Assembly (NCBI GenBank): GCA_949358305.1
Contig: OX442314.1
Span: 23,808,001 to 23,872,000, forward strand
Reading direction: 5' to 3'
From: Strigamia acuminata
Lineage: Eukaryota
Length of the DNA: 64,000 nt
The notes under the pieces were generated by a model. That model saw only the letters and a list, made by a program, of their open reading frames with translations, was not told the DNA's origin and did not search any database. The position numbers and the translations under genes were made by a program. Position 1 is the first letter of the stretch. Each line of letters begins with the position of its first letter. Below, piece by piece: positions 31,286-43,590 of the stretch.

Positions 31286-34200
31286 TTATGGTACACTTCG
31301 ATTTCTCAAAACGTATCGAGCCTCCGATGGCTCCTCGCTGCTCTTTGCCGCTCCCTCATCTCCCGTGACGATCTCCTCTTGGTGCTCGGCGAAAAATCTC
31401 TTTAGTTGGGATGCATGTGTTTTCCACGATCTTGATTCCGCGACGTCCGTTATGAGGAACACCTCCTCGCCCAACTTCCTCACCACCTCAAACGGACCGG
31501 AGAAGAGCGTGTCAAACTTTTTGTTGCGCGGTCCCTTCGAATACAACACCTTGTCTCCCTTCTTGAGATCGGAAGGCTTTCGACCGCTGTCGAATCTCTG
31601 TTTCTGCTCGGTCTGCGAACTCGCCAGATTTTCCTCGGCCTCTCTGCGTTTATGCCACATTTCTTCCAAGTCGAATCCGTCTTCCAAAGCCTCCAACCAA
31701 GCCGACTCCAAATTTTCTGAAGGCCAGAAGCTGTGTACCAACTCGAAAGGCGTGAATCCAAGCGAGGACTGGATGTTGGTGTTGATGGCCCAAACTGCTG
31801 CGTCCAGATCCTCCGACCACTTCTTCCCCGAATTCCCCAGTTTTCTCAATTTCTGCAAAACGTTCTGAATCTCGCGTTCCGCCAAACCGTTCGACGCGTG
31901 GTGATATGGTGGCGATTCTTCCAACAAAATTCCATTTGCCTGCGCGAAAGAACTGAACTCACGAGACATGAAAGCCGTTCCCTCATCCGAAATAATTTTC
32001 TTTGGAATTCCGAATCGACCAATTACGCCCTCCTCCAACGCGCGAATGGTGTTTTTTGTTGAAACGTCTCTCACTGGGACCGCTACCACGAATCGAGAAT
32101 AGCAGTCAACCGCCACTAAAATGTGTGTAAAGCCGAAACTGCTAGTGTACGGACCTCCGTGATCCACCGCGATCGTGTGAAACGGCCTCGGTGGAATAGC
32201 TCTCGACTTCAACAAACCGTCCGCTTTTCTGGTTCTATGATTGTGAAGCTGACACTGTGTGCAGTTCCTGACGAAATCACGCACGTCCTTGCTCATCCCT
32301 TCCCACCAGTTTCTGCGCTGAATTCTACTACGCGTCTGAAAAGCGTCGCAGTGCCCGCCCTTAACGTGTGCCTCCCTCATTATCTGTACTCTCATCCTCT
32401 CAGGAATAACTACTCTCCAGATCTCCTTACCCTTAAATGTCTTCTTTTTGCACAAAACCCCGCTCTTCAATTCAAACTTATCCCCCAATTTCTGAATTAA
32501 TTCAGCACACCGTTCATCTGAATCCTGATGCTCCTTCAACCTCTCTCCCCCAACCCTCAATGCCGCTGCAATCAACACGTTCGATTTATCAATACTAACT
32601 GCTCTAGATAACGCATCCGCAACCACGTTCAGACTCCCTGCCTTATGCTTGATAGTAAAGTCAAATTCTTGCAAATCTAATATCCAACGAGCAAATTTCC
32701 TATTCAATTCCTTCTTTGCGAGTAAATGAGAGACCGACCAGTTGTCGGTGAAAACCACGAACTTAATGCCCGAAAGATAGAAGCGAAACTTTTCAGTGAC
32801 GCTCCAGTGAACAGCTAAACATTCCAATTCGTTCGAATGCGCACTCGAATACGATTCTGGAACGCCCTTGCTCGCGAACGCTATAGTGACCAATTTTCCT
32901 CCCTGTCGCTGCTGCAAAATTACCCCAAGACCTTCGTACGACGCGTCCACGTGCAGAATGGTCTCGGCATCCCTACGGAAACTCCCCAACCAATTGCACG
33001 ACTTTAATTCCGATTTTATCAGATCGACGGCGCGCTGATGCTCGTCCAACCACTCAAACCTAGTCCCTTTTCTTGTTAATAAAGTCAAACACCTTACTTT
33101 CGACGCGAAACCCTTAATGAATTGTCTATGATAACCTGCGAATCCCAAGAAACCCCTAACGTCCTTAACGTTCTTAAAAAACTTGAATTTATCGATGTCC
33201 GACAATCGTTCCGGGTCCGGTCTCCTCCCCTCTTTCGAAATGATGTAACCCAAGAAACTAATCTCTGCTCTTAATAGCTTACACTTTGTCAAATTTAATT
33301 TAAACCCCTTTTGAATTACTAAACCCAAAAATTCGTCCCAAGACATTATCAACTCACCCGCTGACCTCCCCGACTGCCCCACGTCGTCCAAATATGGTTT
33401 GGTCCGCTTAACCTCGCTGCACATCCTGTCCATCGCCCTCTGCATCACGAACGGAGCCAATTTGTAGCCGACCGGCATACGCAGCAACTCCATAAGACCT
33501 TCGGGCGTGAAAAACGCGATCTTGTGACAGTCCGCTTGTCTTAGCAAAATATTGTAGTACGCCATCGCAATGTCACCCGAATTAAACAAACGCGGCTCGT
33601 CTTCCAACAGAAACTCCAAAACCTCATCGATCGTCGGCATCCGATATACTGTCATATCCACCGCCTCGTTCAGACGCCTCAAATCGATTACAGGGCGCCA
33701 TGGTGTGGTGGGGTGATGTGGCTGGTCCACGGTGAAGAAAGGAAAATTGTAATTCGAGTTCGATTCTCTACAAATTCCCAACCTCCTCCACTTTGCCACG
33801 GTCTCTCGTAACCGAACTTCTTCTTGAACCGAAAATCGCCTCGGCTTGCACCGAATCGGACGGTCGTGGGTCAGAGGAACCTCGCACTCTTCGTCCGTGT
33901 ACAGTCCCAGCGAACCGTCGATGTTGAATGCCTCCTTCCGCTTGTGAAACACCGCTCTCAACTGTAACTTCTCCTCCTGAGAAACCGAACTATCCACCGA
34001 CTCGACGATTTCGTCGACCTCTTTCGCGAACTTCTCGTCCTCGGAAACTGCCACGAGACACTCCCCTCCACGATCGATTGCTTCGTTAAAAATTGCGCAA
34101 TTTCCCAATCTGACCGACTCCGTCGCCCTGGAGATATTCACGTCGCCATTTGGCTCCAACACGAGACGCAAACCCTCCTGTCTCCGCCAGTCGGTACCGA

Positions 34201-35806
34201 CGATGACCGGAAACGGCAAATCGGACGAGACAGCCACGTTCTTCATGCTGGATTCGAAGTCTCCGATTTTAAACGTGATGTCCAAAAACCCGTCGATCTT
34301 CAGTGATCCATTAACAGCCCGAAAACTGGCCCCCGATTTATTTGCCCGCAATTCCGTATCGTTCTTCAAAAATCTGCCATCGATAATTGTTAAATTTGCG
34401 CCCGGATCGATCAGCGCCTCAACGTCCGTGTCAAACTCCTCCACGCTACACGTAACGACCGTTAAATTCATTTCCGGTTTCCTTGTCTTGACAACACAAG
34501 CTGCGACCTTCTCCGGCGTCTTCTCCGTCGTCGCTCCCGCGCTTGCCAGTAAACAGTCGAACGACACGTGTCCGATCTTGCCACACTTAAAACACGTGAG
34601 AGTTGACTTATCCATCCCGTATTTATATTGTACGTGACGCTGAGAGTTCTTGTTCGTCGACGCCGCTGACAACGCTTCCTTCGTCGATTCCTTCCCTACG
34701 TCCCTTGCTGCTCGTTTAACTTCAACGTTGTTAATATTCTTGTCCTTTGGCTTAATCTTCCTCGCCCCGTCCAAACCCCTCGCGCGATGTATCAGCTCCT
34801 CAACCGAACCGATATTGCCAGATGCCAAAGGAAATGACACCAACTCCTCGCCGATTCCGCCCAAAATCATCGACACTCGATCCGATTCGCTTATCCGATT
34901 CGCGCAACGCTCCAGTATTGTATTTTTCGAGTAAATGTAATGGACGATCGACTCTGACGCCTCTAGTTTTCTTTTAGATTGCAATTCGAAGAATTCGTGA
35001 AAGTTCATGCGGCTTTTAAATCTCTCCTCCAACGACCACATCCAACCTTCCAGACTAATAATTTTCTTTCCTTCGGTCTTCTGCCAGTCGCTGGCGTGAC
35101 CTTCCAACCTAGTTGCTGCGTTCAACAACGTTAATTCGTCCGTCCAAGACGAAAGCTTCGCCACGCGTTTCACCTCCTTCAGCCACGCTTGAACACTTTC
35201 CATATCGTCACCCGAAAATGACGAAATAGCCTTCACGGTGTCGACTGTCGAATGCATCTGCACCACCGTGGTCGCGGGAACCGTCTGCGGACACTGAGAC
35301 GAAATGAGGCGGTTCATCACCAAAGTATTTTGTGCCAACAACTCCGAATTACGCGTCTCCGTTTCCGCATTACGCGCCGCCGTCTCCGACTTGTCCCGCA
35401 TCAACATCTTCATCATCTCGGCCATTTGAAAAACCATCAATTCGGCGGACGATGCCCCACTTCCGCCGGCCGGACGTGCCGCCTCCTCCGCTTCCAGTTT
35501 CTCCGCCTCCAACCTTTCTTTCGCCAATTCCTCCGCTGACGTTTTCTCTACGATCTCCGCATCGTCTTCCACCAACTTCTCCGCCGCGATTCTCTCCGCC
35601 TCCGCCGCCTCAAACGCAACGATTTCCTTGTTATTTTGCAAAAGTACCGTCATCAAGTCTTGCTTCAAATTGCTCGTCGATTCCAATCCGCGCCTGTCGA
35701 TTTCTCCTTTCAAAATCGTCACCGTGAATACGTTCAGGACGTCCTCGACGACGGACAAAAGCGACGAACGACATCCTTGCAAAATCACCGCCAAATTTTC
35801 CGCCAT
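31286..35806 (-). CDS. Single-ORF Gag-Pol polyprotein (about 1506 aa from the first ATG)
   Basis: CFKCGKIGHVSFDC, LIDPGA, VIDLRRLN, YLDD, VDASY, ADALSR, HHCC, D-D-E and SGPF in one uninterrupted frame. Confidence 0.95.
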   Translation of the reverse strand: MAENLAVILQGCRSSLLSVVEDVLNVFTVTILKGEIDRRGLESTSNLKQDLMTVLLQNNKEIVAFEAAEAERIAAEKLVEDDAEIVEKTSAEELAKERLEAEKLEAEEAARPAGGSGASSAELMVFQMAEMMKMLMRDKSETAARNAETETRNSELLAQNTLVMNRLISSQCPQTVPATTVVQMHSTVDTVKAISSFSGDDMESVQAWLKEVKRVAKLSSWTDELTLLNAATRLEGHASDWQKTEGKKIISLEGWMWSLEERFKSRMNFHEFFELQSKRKLEASESIVHYIYSKNTILERCANRISESDRVSMILGGIGEELVSFPLASGNIGSVEELIHRARGLDGARKIKPKDKNINNVEVKRAARDVGKESTKEALSAASTNKNSQRHVQYKYGMDKSTLTCFKCGKIGHVSFDCLLASAGATTEKTPEKVAACVVKTRKPEMNLTVVTCSVEEFDTDVEALIDPGANLTIIDGRFLKNDTELRANKSGASFRAVNGSLKIDGFLDITFKIGDFESSMKNVAVSSDLPFPVIVGTDWRRQEGLRLVLEPNGDVNISRATESVRLGNCAIFNEAIDRGGECLVAVSEDEKFAKEVDEIVESVDSSVSQEEKLQLRAVFHKRKEAFNIDGSLGLYTDEECEVPLTHDRPIRCKPRRFSVQEEVRLRETVAKWRRLGICRESNSNYNFPFFTVDQPHHPTTPWRPVIDLRRLNEAVDMTVYRMPTIDEVLEFLLEDEPRLFNSGDIAMAYYNILLRQADCHKIAFFTPEGLMELLRMPVGYKLAPFVMQRAMDRMCSEVKRTKPYLDDVGQSGRSAGELIMSWDEFLGLVIQKGFKLNLTKCKLLRAEISFLGYIISKEGRRPDPERLSDIDKFKFFKNVKDVRGFLGFAGYHRQFIKGFASKVRCLTLLTRKGTRFEWLDEHQRAVDLIKSELKSCNWLGSFRRDAETILHVDASYEGLGVILQQRQGGKLVTIAFASKGVPESYSSAHSNELECLAVHWSVTEKFRFYLSGIKFVVFTDNWSVSHLLAKKELNRKFARWILDLQEFDFTIKHKAGSLNVVADALSRAVSIDKSNVLIAAALRVGGERLKEHQDSDERCAELIQKLGDKFELKSGVLCKKKTFKGKEIWRVVIPERMRVQIMREAHVKGGHCDAFQTRSRIQRRNWWEGMSKDVRDFVRNCTQCQLHNHRTRKADGLLKSRAIPPRPFHTIAVDHGGPYTSSFGFTHILVAVDCYSRFVVAVPVRDVSTKNTIRALEEGVIGRFGIPKKIISDEGTAFMSREFSSFAQANGILLEESPPYHHASNGLAEREIQNVLQKLRKLGNSGKKWSEDLDAAVWAINTNIQSSLGFTPFELVHSFWPSENLESAWLEALEDGFDLEEMWHKRREAEENLASSQTEQKQRFDSGRKPSDLKKGDKVLYSKGPRNKKFDTLFSGPFEVVRKLGEEVFLITDVAESRSWKTHASQLKRFFAEHQEEIVTGDEGAAKSSEEPSEARYVLRNRSVP

Positions 35807-36107
35807 TACGTCCGCCACGTGTTTCGCAAAATTTTCAACAACAATCACCGATCTCGTCAACCACCGACAATGATCACCAACAACTTTTCAACTGCTTATA
35901 TACGTCTCCGTCTCCAAATCGAACGTTATCTGGACGTTTTCCACGTGTAACGCGCGTCGTCTCCTTCGTCTCCGTCCCCAAATTTCTCCGCAACTCGATT
36001 TTCGAAAATGTTAAGCCCACGCGCTCTTCATCCAAATCGCCGTCATCAATTTCCAACTGTTTCAACTATTTCACCTTCCCCAAAGTCTTTTTATGTCGAC
36101 TGCGCCA

Positions 36108-36241
36108 TGTGAGAATGATTTAGACATACGGTTAAGTTGAATGTCTGAACTAGACTGATTTATTATCTCAAAGCATAGAACAAATCCAAATTACATAGAA
36201 CAAGTCATCGAAAAGACCCCCAGGGGGCGCTATCGCTTACA
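36108..36241 (-). repeat. 5' LTR of element 4
   Basis: Adjacent to the PBS; TSD AAGAC at 36242-36246. Confidence 0.96.
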
Positions 36242-36929
36242 AAGACACGTCCATTCACTTCGGAATACTCACACATTCTCGTCCGTTTATTCTAGTTGTC
36301 ATAGTTACATCAATAATTTGCATAATAATCATTTCGATAACATCCTGACATTGTCACAATTCATTAATTATCACTTCAATGCACTGCAAAACTTGCACTT
36401 ACAATTATTAAAGAAAGTTAACATTGTTATACAAATATTTCGATTATCTGTATTGTTTGGCACTGTGTGAAATTAAACAAGATACTATCTATATTATTAA
36501 CAATTAATAATCTGCAATGTATTTTGTCTGTTATAATAAAGGATTCATCATTTTTCGTGAAATATGCGGATTAATTACTGAAACAACCTTCCAGTTTATT
36601 AAAATCATCATTATTTTTCTGCAAGGTCTATTTTTGCGCACATAATTATTTGAAAAATTAAAAGTATACCGTTGAAAAGAAGTTTTACCCTGCATGAAAA
36701 CAGAATCAGCCAGAAGTCAAGCAGTTGGAGAAAATCTAACAAGTAAGTAATCTTCATTTGATTTTATGCTTTAAAATTTTAAAAATCTTTTATCTACAGT
36801 AATCCTAGTGATAAGATCTATAAAATATTTTTAAAGTATCACTTGTTTTTAAAAATAATTTCTTATGTAATGAGTAATAAGAAACAGAAAAGAGGAATGG
36901 CGAATTGACACCTTACTTTAACTTAACTT

Positions 36930-37436
36930 AACTTATTCTGCTCTTGTCTGAAAAGACAAGCCAAAAAAATATTTTTTGTATTTTAAATTCTTTTTCTGAT
37001 AACTAGTGATTTATTAATAAAATATTTTTAAAGTTTGTGTTTTTAAAAATAATTTAATTAAATAATATTTCCTCACTAAAAAAATTGATTTCTATTATAT
37101 AAATTATCATAAACAGAAAAAAGGAATTTAAAATTGACACCAAAGTTCTAAAATAGTAATCACAGACACTCACAAATGAAGTTTATTGAAAAAATGAGTG
37201 TTAACGAAATGAATAAATTTCATTAAAAAATAAATCCAATTTCTTTCGACTGCATTTAGGCGTACATATTTTACCGATCATGATATGTAGCTATAGTTTT
37301 GAGAAAAATAAAACAGAAACCGGCAAACGTTGAAGAGTGAGCATCAAACTGAGAAAACTCTCATAATTAACAGACAAATATTGAAACTCAAATCCGTTAA
37401 GATTTTTATTTTTAGTCCACTCTGCCTGTATTAATC
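36930..37436 (+). repeat. Duplicated upstream flank shared by channel copies B and C
   Basis: Closely similar to about 25390-25898 (AACTTATTCTG..TCTTGTCTGAAAAGACAAGCC...). The 3' flanks are also similar (about 36385-36570 versus 43596-43810). Confidence 0.85.
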
Positions 37437-40400
37437 ATGCTATTTGGAAGAAAACTAAAAGTTGTTAAAAAAATCATCAAGCAGCACCAGGGTTTGTACG
37501 AAGAAAAACAAACGGAGACCTCGATATTGACGAATGTTTTCAATACAAACTTTTCACTCCCGTCTCGCATTAGTTGGCTGATAATAATAATCACAGCATT
37601 TTCTTTCTGTTCTTATCAGTGCTACGAAAGAATGGTTTATTTCATGACTAAACCAATCAAAGTAAATGCTAACATTGAAGAAAAATCAGTTGACGACTTT
37701 CCCGCAATGCATTTAACTTCATTAGTTACAGACGAAAGTACTGCTTATTATGATGCCCACAGTCCGGGAAAGAAAGGTATTTTTATATCCGATGGCGCGA
37801 GTTTATAGTACAAAACAATTTTTTTCGTATTCAATAATTTGTCTGTCTTTCAGGTTGTAGTCAAGCCTTACGATTTTTGATTGATGATCATACCCCTCTT
37901 CGAAAGGTAATGGAATTACGAAACTTTACCAAAATGATTAAGACAATTTCTTTAAAGAGGGTAAGTTCATACTTCAATTACTATTATAAATGCTAACCTC
38001 TGGTACCAGTGTCGTGACCACGTTTTAAACATGGCCAGTTTTGAAAATGTTGTTGAATAAGAGCTCAAGGCAGTGGGCCAATGAAAATACTGTATAGTTG
38101 CACAGTTTCGTCGAGATTTGGTGTGACCAACCAGGGCTGGACTGGGTACAAATTTAGTACCGGGAAATCTAGATGGGTAGGGCCACAAGCACAGGCTACA
38201 GTGTGCCAGGGACGGTCCACAGTGGGCTCATCACCGGGCCACCAGGCCACAGGCCACCGGGAAACTCCCGGTAGCCCGCCGGGCCAGTCCAGCACTGTGA
38301 CCAACTGTCTATGTGCATAAAGGCCAAGATTGTGCTTGTGGTAGAAATGAACTTACAAAGAACACCAACACTCGGCCAAACAAAAATATTGCAACAAGTA
38401 TTTCGTTATCATAAATGGCAACAAAATGATAAGCGACGAAATGAAGAGACCCTGTTTAGTGTGAAGGAGCTGCCAACGGCGAATTATTAGTGAGGCAAGT
38501 GACCATTGGTCACTACAACTAAAATTTCAAAACGGTTGTTATTTGCAAACTTGTAATGACGTATTATAATGATGATAGATTATCACCAAGCACAGCTGAC
38601 AAAATTTGCCAAAATTTGAGGTTCCTAGCACGAATAGAAAAAAATTAGAAAGGCAAAGTTAGTAATAAACTATGCCGCAACGTAAAACTAATTGGGAGAG
38701 GGTTGTTTATGTTTTTCGATTTCAAATTGTGACCAACTCCCACCAGTTGGCACGGGCAATGATGTTGAGAGGAAGTTATTTCCGTCTATCGTTAGAAATT
38801 GTTTTCCATTGAGGCATTGTAAATTCCCGACATTTCGAGTTGGTGCTGGGACAAGAGGTCATTTAGTCATTTAGAATTTCACTTTGTCAACGCCGTTTTG
38901 TCAAAGTGTGAAACTCAAAAATCCTTCAAAATGTAATCTCAAATTCGAACAATCAGGGCCGTTTCGACCTATGAGGCGAAGAGGCGGCCGCCAGGTGGCC
39001 ATGCCTTGGTAAAGTTACTTACCACGGCATGGCCACCTGCCGGCCGCCTCTTCGCCTCATAGGTCGAAACGGCCCTGCGAACAATAAACAAAAATACACT
39101 TATTTTAAAACATAATACATTCAAAAATTAATCCATTCCGCATTGTTTCGAACACCAGCATTGCTTCTGCAATGTCACAGCCTTTGTCAGCATATCTGCG
39201 CCCATCTGGTTGGTTCCAGTGTGCAGCAACTCTACTTCTCCGTTCATGATCTCCTCCTTAGCAAAACAACACCTTAAATTAATATGTTTTGAGCGTTAGT
39301 GTTGCGCCAATCCTCACGCCAGCATCTCGGCCGACTCGCTTTAGTCTGCAGTCGTGCACAATTCCCCATCAATTCGCTCAATTCAAATTCTTGAAAAAAG
39401 TCCCTCTTTCATCGCGATAAACTCGCAATCAGACTCGCAGCTCGACATCCCAACACAAGTTTGTTTCGACGACTTCTAGACTACTCTGGCTCCCGATAGC
39501 AAATATATGGAACTGGTAGTTGACTTCCTGTCCTCAATGTTGCAGTTCCAGCTTCCCGTCCACATAGCCGCTCATATGGTCCTCGTTCCGCATAAATTGC
39601 AACTTTTTCCCTTTCGTTCCTTTCAAGTAATGTAAAATTAGCTTACCCATTTTGCAGTGCGTCAAACCGTGGCTGTGGTTGTAGCGACACAGGTAATGGG
39701 TGGCGTACGCAATGTCCGGCCTCGTCCCTTGTCAGAGTACATTAGCGACCACATCAGGCTCTGGTAGAGCACCTCCTCGGAGTTTACATCCGTCTCCAAA
39801 CTCGGTTGGTCGCATTTTACAATCGGCGTTTAAACCAGCTTGCACGAGCTGATTTCAAAATTCTCCAGTACCTTCTCGATGTATGCTTCCTGCGACACGG
39901 TTATCATCCCGCTCTCATTGTCGCACTTCACGACAAAGCCCAATATTCGCGTCGGCGTTCTGAGGTCCTTGATTTCGACGGATTTTCATAGCAACTCGCA
40001 CGTCCATTCCTCAATCTCAATGCTCGATGTAACATTTAACATGTCGTCCACGAAAATCCCCAATGTGGTTGTTCCACTTCAAACATCTCAAAAAAGTCGC
40101 GATTAACCATCATATTGCATGTTGCGCCCAAGTCCAGTTTCCACTGTCGCCCCTCCACCTTGTTGATTCAAACTTGAAAAGCAAATTTGTCCTTGGCTTT
40201 CACAGCACTGACGGTCGCATCCGGCTGCTGGTCCTTCTTTGCGTTCGACTTTGACTTCTTGTGGTTGGTGTTCCCCTTGGTCTCGTTGCTCGCTTGGCTC
40301 CTGCAGTCCCTGGCCATATGCCCGAACTTTTGGCTGTTGTAGCACTTCACATGCTTCATATCTCGCTTGCATTCACCGCTCAACTCGCTGATCTGTTAAC

Positions 40401-43400
40401 CGCCCTGTCGGTTTACCTTCGTGCGGTGCGAAAAGTTTACCTTGTGAAGCTTCCCGATCACGTATTCGATCAAGTCTTCTGGCGGGAAGAAAAAACAGAA
40501 AATAAACACTACAATAATTAAAAACCCTAAAAATATCTTCCAGATATTCCTTACAGCAAAAGACTACATCTTTTCATTCATAGCGGTTGCAGCAGTTCGC
40601 TTGGGTCATTTATATAATCAAAATGAAATTTCCTTTACAAGCAGAAAAGTGAGTGAATATTGTCGAAGTTTGAAAACCAAATTCTCACTTTTCATATATT
40701 TTTTTTTAGTATTCATTTTTGAACAGGAAGTCGTCTCCCTGTGTAAAAATATCTGTTATGGAAGAGTGTCACCAAAACTGTTACTTAACCGAAATAAAAC
40801 GACAAAATTTTACATGCCAGTAAGTTATCGGATTTGTCCTTTACTTGTTTGTATTCTAACTATTAGGCGTAATACGTTATAGATTCCCATTTCTACCTAA
40901 CGAATTTCACGAGGAATGTATTTCTAATCAATTGACTTGTAACTACACACGAACACTTGGCGAAATTCGAAGTAATGTCAACCCACCATACCTCTGTAAC
41001 TGTGTGAGAGAATGTGAAAAGACAGTCATTACCTCTCACTACAATTTTGATAAACAGAAGTCACAGACGACGACCTTTTACTCCTACAGCAACTGGATAC
41101 TAAAATTGAAAGAATATTACAGCTACGACTTTATCGCTCTCCTGTGTGATGTTGGAGGCTATTTGAGCCTCTACACCGGAATATCCTGCATAGCGATTGT
41201 TAAATTATTGTTTCACGACACCCTTGAAACGGTCCAAAAGCTATTGTTTCCAGTCAAAAGAAGTCGATTCGAGAAAAAGATTATTTCGAAAATCGAAAGT
41301 ATAATGTTGAAGAGAAAACGTCGTGCAGGAAGAAAGAATCAACCAGATGTCAAACAGTTGGGAAAAATCAAAATAATTTTCGTTTTATTGTCATTCATTT
41401 TGAGCTGCTATTTAATATTCATCCGAGTCGTAGAATATTTTGCATTTCCTGTCTATGTTACTATTGTACTTGTTCAAGATCGGTACGTTCAACCACCAAC
41501 CATGACATTCTGCACTGAAAATTCCGAAGTGTACGAAAAAAAAGAAAAGTTCATGAATGATTTTCGAAGTAATGCCTCAAATATTTCCGCTAACGTTAAA
41601 TGCGTTGAAGATATAGATATATTAGATTTGCTCGATCAGTTTGAAAATGATGCTGATGAATTATGGGAAGCAACGGGTGATTTAGACAACTACGAAACCA
41701 TAAACGTAAAAAATGTCGATGATTTAATGGACAATTACAGTCAATCAGTTGTAAATATGAACAATTTCAGGAACTGGGGAAGCAGTTTGGCAAAGATACG
41801 GCATTGTTCATACCAAATTTTGGAAACATGTCCTATCTGGATACTGTATTTGGAAAATGCATCAAAGTGGAAACGGGTCAGTTTACATAATTAAAATAAA
41901 ATTCTGTTCTGTTTTATACGTCCACAACAAAATTTTCACAGGTATTGTGGAGTACAATCCTGTAACGGCTGTGCACCATATGGGCTTCAAGAGTGGAGGA
42001 ATACGTTGCAACTCACATACTAAGGTTAATCATAATTTATTGAAAACAATCATTTCAGAATTTTAACTCCGGGCTTTTTTATTCAGCTATTTTTAATGAA
42101 ATCTGAAGATAGAATTGATTTCCTAACATACAATATTCACCCTCACGACGTTTCAATGACCATGAAATTCTCAAGACAAACGGTAAAAACGTTGAATACA
42201 GAATAGAAGTATCGTATTTTATCAAATAAAAACCGCGGCTGTTATTCAAAACGGGCACTCTGAGCCGCGGCTCTTAATCAAAGGTGGCTCTTTATTACAA
42301 CTGTTTACCATATTTTGATTGGAATTTCAATTTCTCGATTAAAATTTTAGTTTTTTCCATTGAAATTCACTTTTTCCCATTGAAATTTCCCTTTCATTAA
42401 CCGTTTCCAGTTTGGTTATAAAAACCCTCAAATAGTAGCCGTGGCTACTATTCGAGGGCTCTTGTGGTTCTTATTCCAAACCGCATCTCTGAGGCGCAGC
42501 TACTATTCGAGGGCGGCTACAAAACGAGGACGACTCATAATTGGTAAAATACGGTAATTAATTTTATATTGAGACTATTTGTTTACGAGTTTCGAGACAT
42601 AGTATTGCAAATTAGCTGACACCCATTTGATGGCACCACAATACAAAACAAAAGTTAACATTACGCAAATTATCCACTTCCAATTTCTGTTTCTAAGACG
42701 AGAACCCGTTGGACTTGGGCGTCACCTTATGCCAACTGGCTCCAATAGTCCCCCCTCTCACTTGCCCTGCACAACATTACAAATAAAAAACTGACAATTG
42801 TCAAACATGCACAATCTCTACGACGTAGTAGACTTACGACGCGGTGATGTAATGATAATAATGCCCTCTGGGGTTAACCACTGTCATCACTCATTCACGA
42901 GTGTAACATGTGTTTCCCTCAACAGTAAAGATGGAAGTATTCTATTTGGACTTTTTATTTATCAACTACACAACAAACTCATATTTAAGAAAGTTTTTAT
43001 AGTCTTACTTTCTCTGACTTTTCAAAATTTAGTTAGATAAATTGGACACCCCTACAAATCCATGTACGTCATTAGAAGAATTCAAAAAATGCGAAGAAAT
43101 CTGCGTGAATACTAAAATGGAAATGGAACATATATCTTGCAGGTATAACGGTTTAAAAAATACTTTGATTTGATTGGAAATAATTTAAATGTATTACAAA
43201 TTTACTAGATTGCCATTTCTGAACTTAACCAACCTACCAATGTGCAAAACAGCAGCCGATGCTAAATCAACAAAAAGATCGTACATTAAGGTGCACTCAA
43301 ACACTGATGCCCATCACGATTGCAATTGCCATCCCCCGTGTTATTATACCCTCTACACAAATTTAATTGATTATTCCACCGCCAACGATAAAGCAATGGT

Positions 43401-43590
43401 AGTCGTAACATCATATGAATTCGACAGCAACATTCGCGAGATTTTCAAAGAAGAGTTAGCTGTTCCTTTTATCAAATTACTGTGCGACATTGGATCAATT
43501 TTGGGCTTTTTTCTTGCACTGTCCATTCTTTCGTGTTTCGAAATACTTGAAAAGTTCCTGCACAGTATTAAGATGCGATTAAAAACTTAA
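37437..43590 (+). CDS. Tandem two-subunit DEG/ENaC channel, copy C; exons 3-4 lost in frame, possibly a pseudogene
   Basis: Exons 37437-37776, 37854-37960, 40544-40648, 40710-40819, 40883-41705, 41771-41876, 41942-42024, 42087-42182, 43033-43142, 43209-43590. The 79- and 89-nt exons were not found; a Copia fragment sits in their place. Confidence 0.75.
38132..38297. mobile_element. hAT-type MITE (166 bp)
   Basis: TIRs CAGGGCTGGACTGG/CCAGTCCAGCACTG; 8-bp TSD TGACCAAC. Confidence 0.9.
38954..39077. mobile_element. Palindromic hAT-type MITE (124 bp)
   Basis: Near-perfect hairpin CAGGGCCGTTTCGACC.../...GGTCGAAACGGCCCTG; 8-bp TSD CGAACAAT. Confidence 0.93.
39120..40480 (-). mobile_element. Degenerate Ty1/copia fragment (knuckle, protease start, RT C-terminal part, RNase H); boundaries approximate
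   Basis: Minus-strand peptides CYNSQKFGHMARDC, WKLDLGATCNM, GIFVDDML, TRPDIAYATHYL, HYLKGTK, KHINLR and QMGADMLTKAV, with frameshifts and no integrase. Confidence 0.85.
42210..42556. mobile_element. Tc1/pogo-type MITE in the copy C intron after the 96-nt exon
   Basis: Termini TATCGTATTTTATCAAAT / ATTGGTAAAATACGGTA (TA flanks), internal GCGGCT..TATTC repeats. The left part recurs at about 47153-47211. Confidence 0.7.

Larger units (their letters stand above)
31102..36241 (-). mobile_element. Full-length Ty3/gypsy (Mag-like) LTR retrotransposon, element 4 (5.14 kb)
   Basis: 134-bp LTRs (31102-31235 and 36108-36241) with no differences seen, 5-bp TSD AAGAC, PBS TGGCGCAGTCG (tRNA-Ser, 36097-36107), PPT AAAAGGGGGG near 31240. 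Confidence 0.97.
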
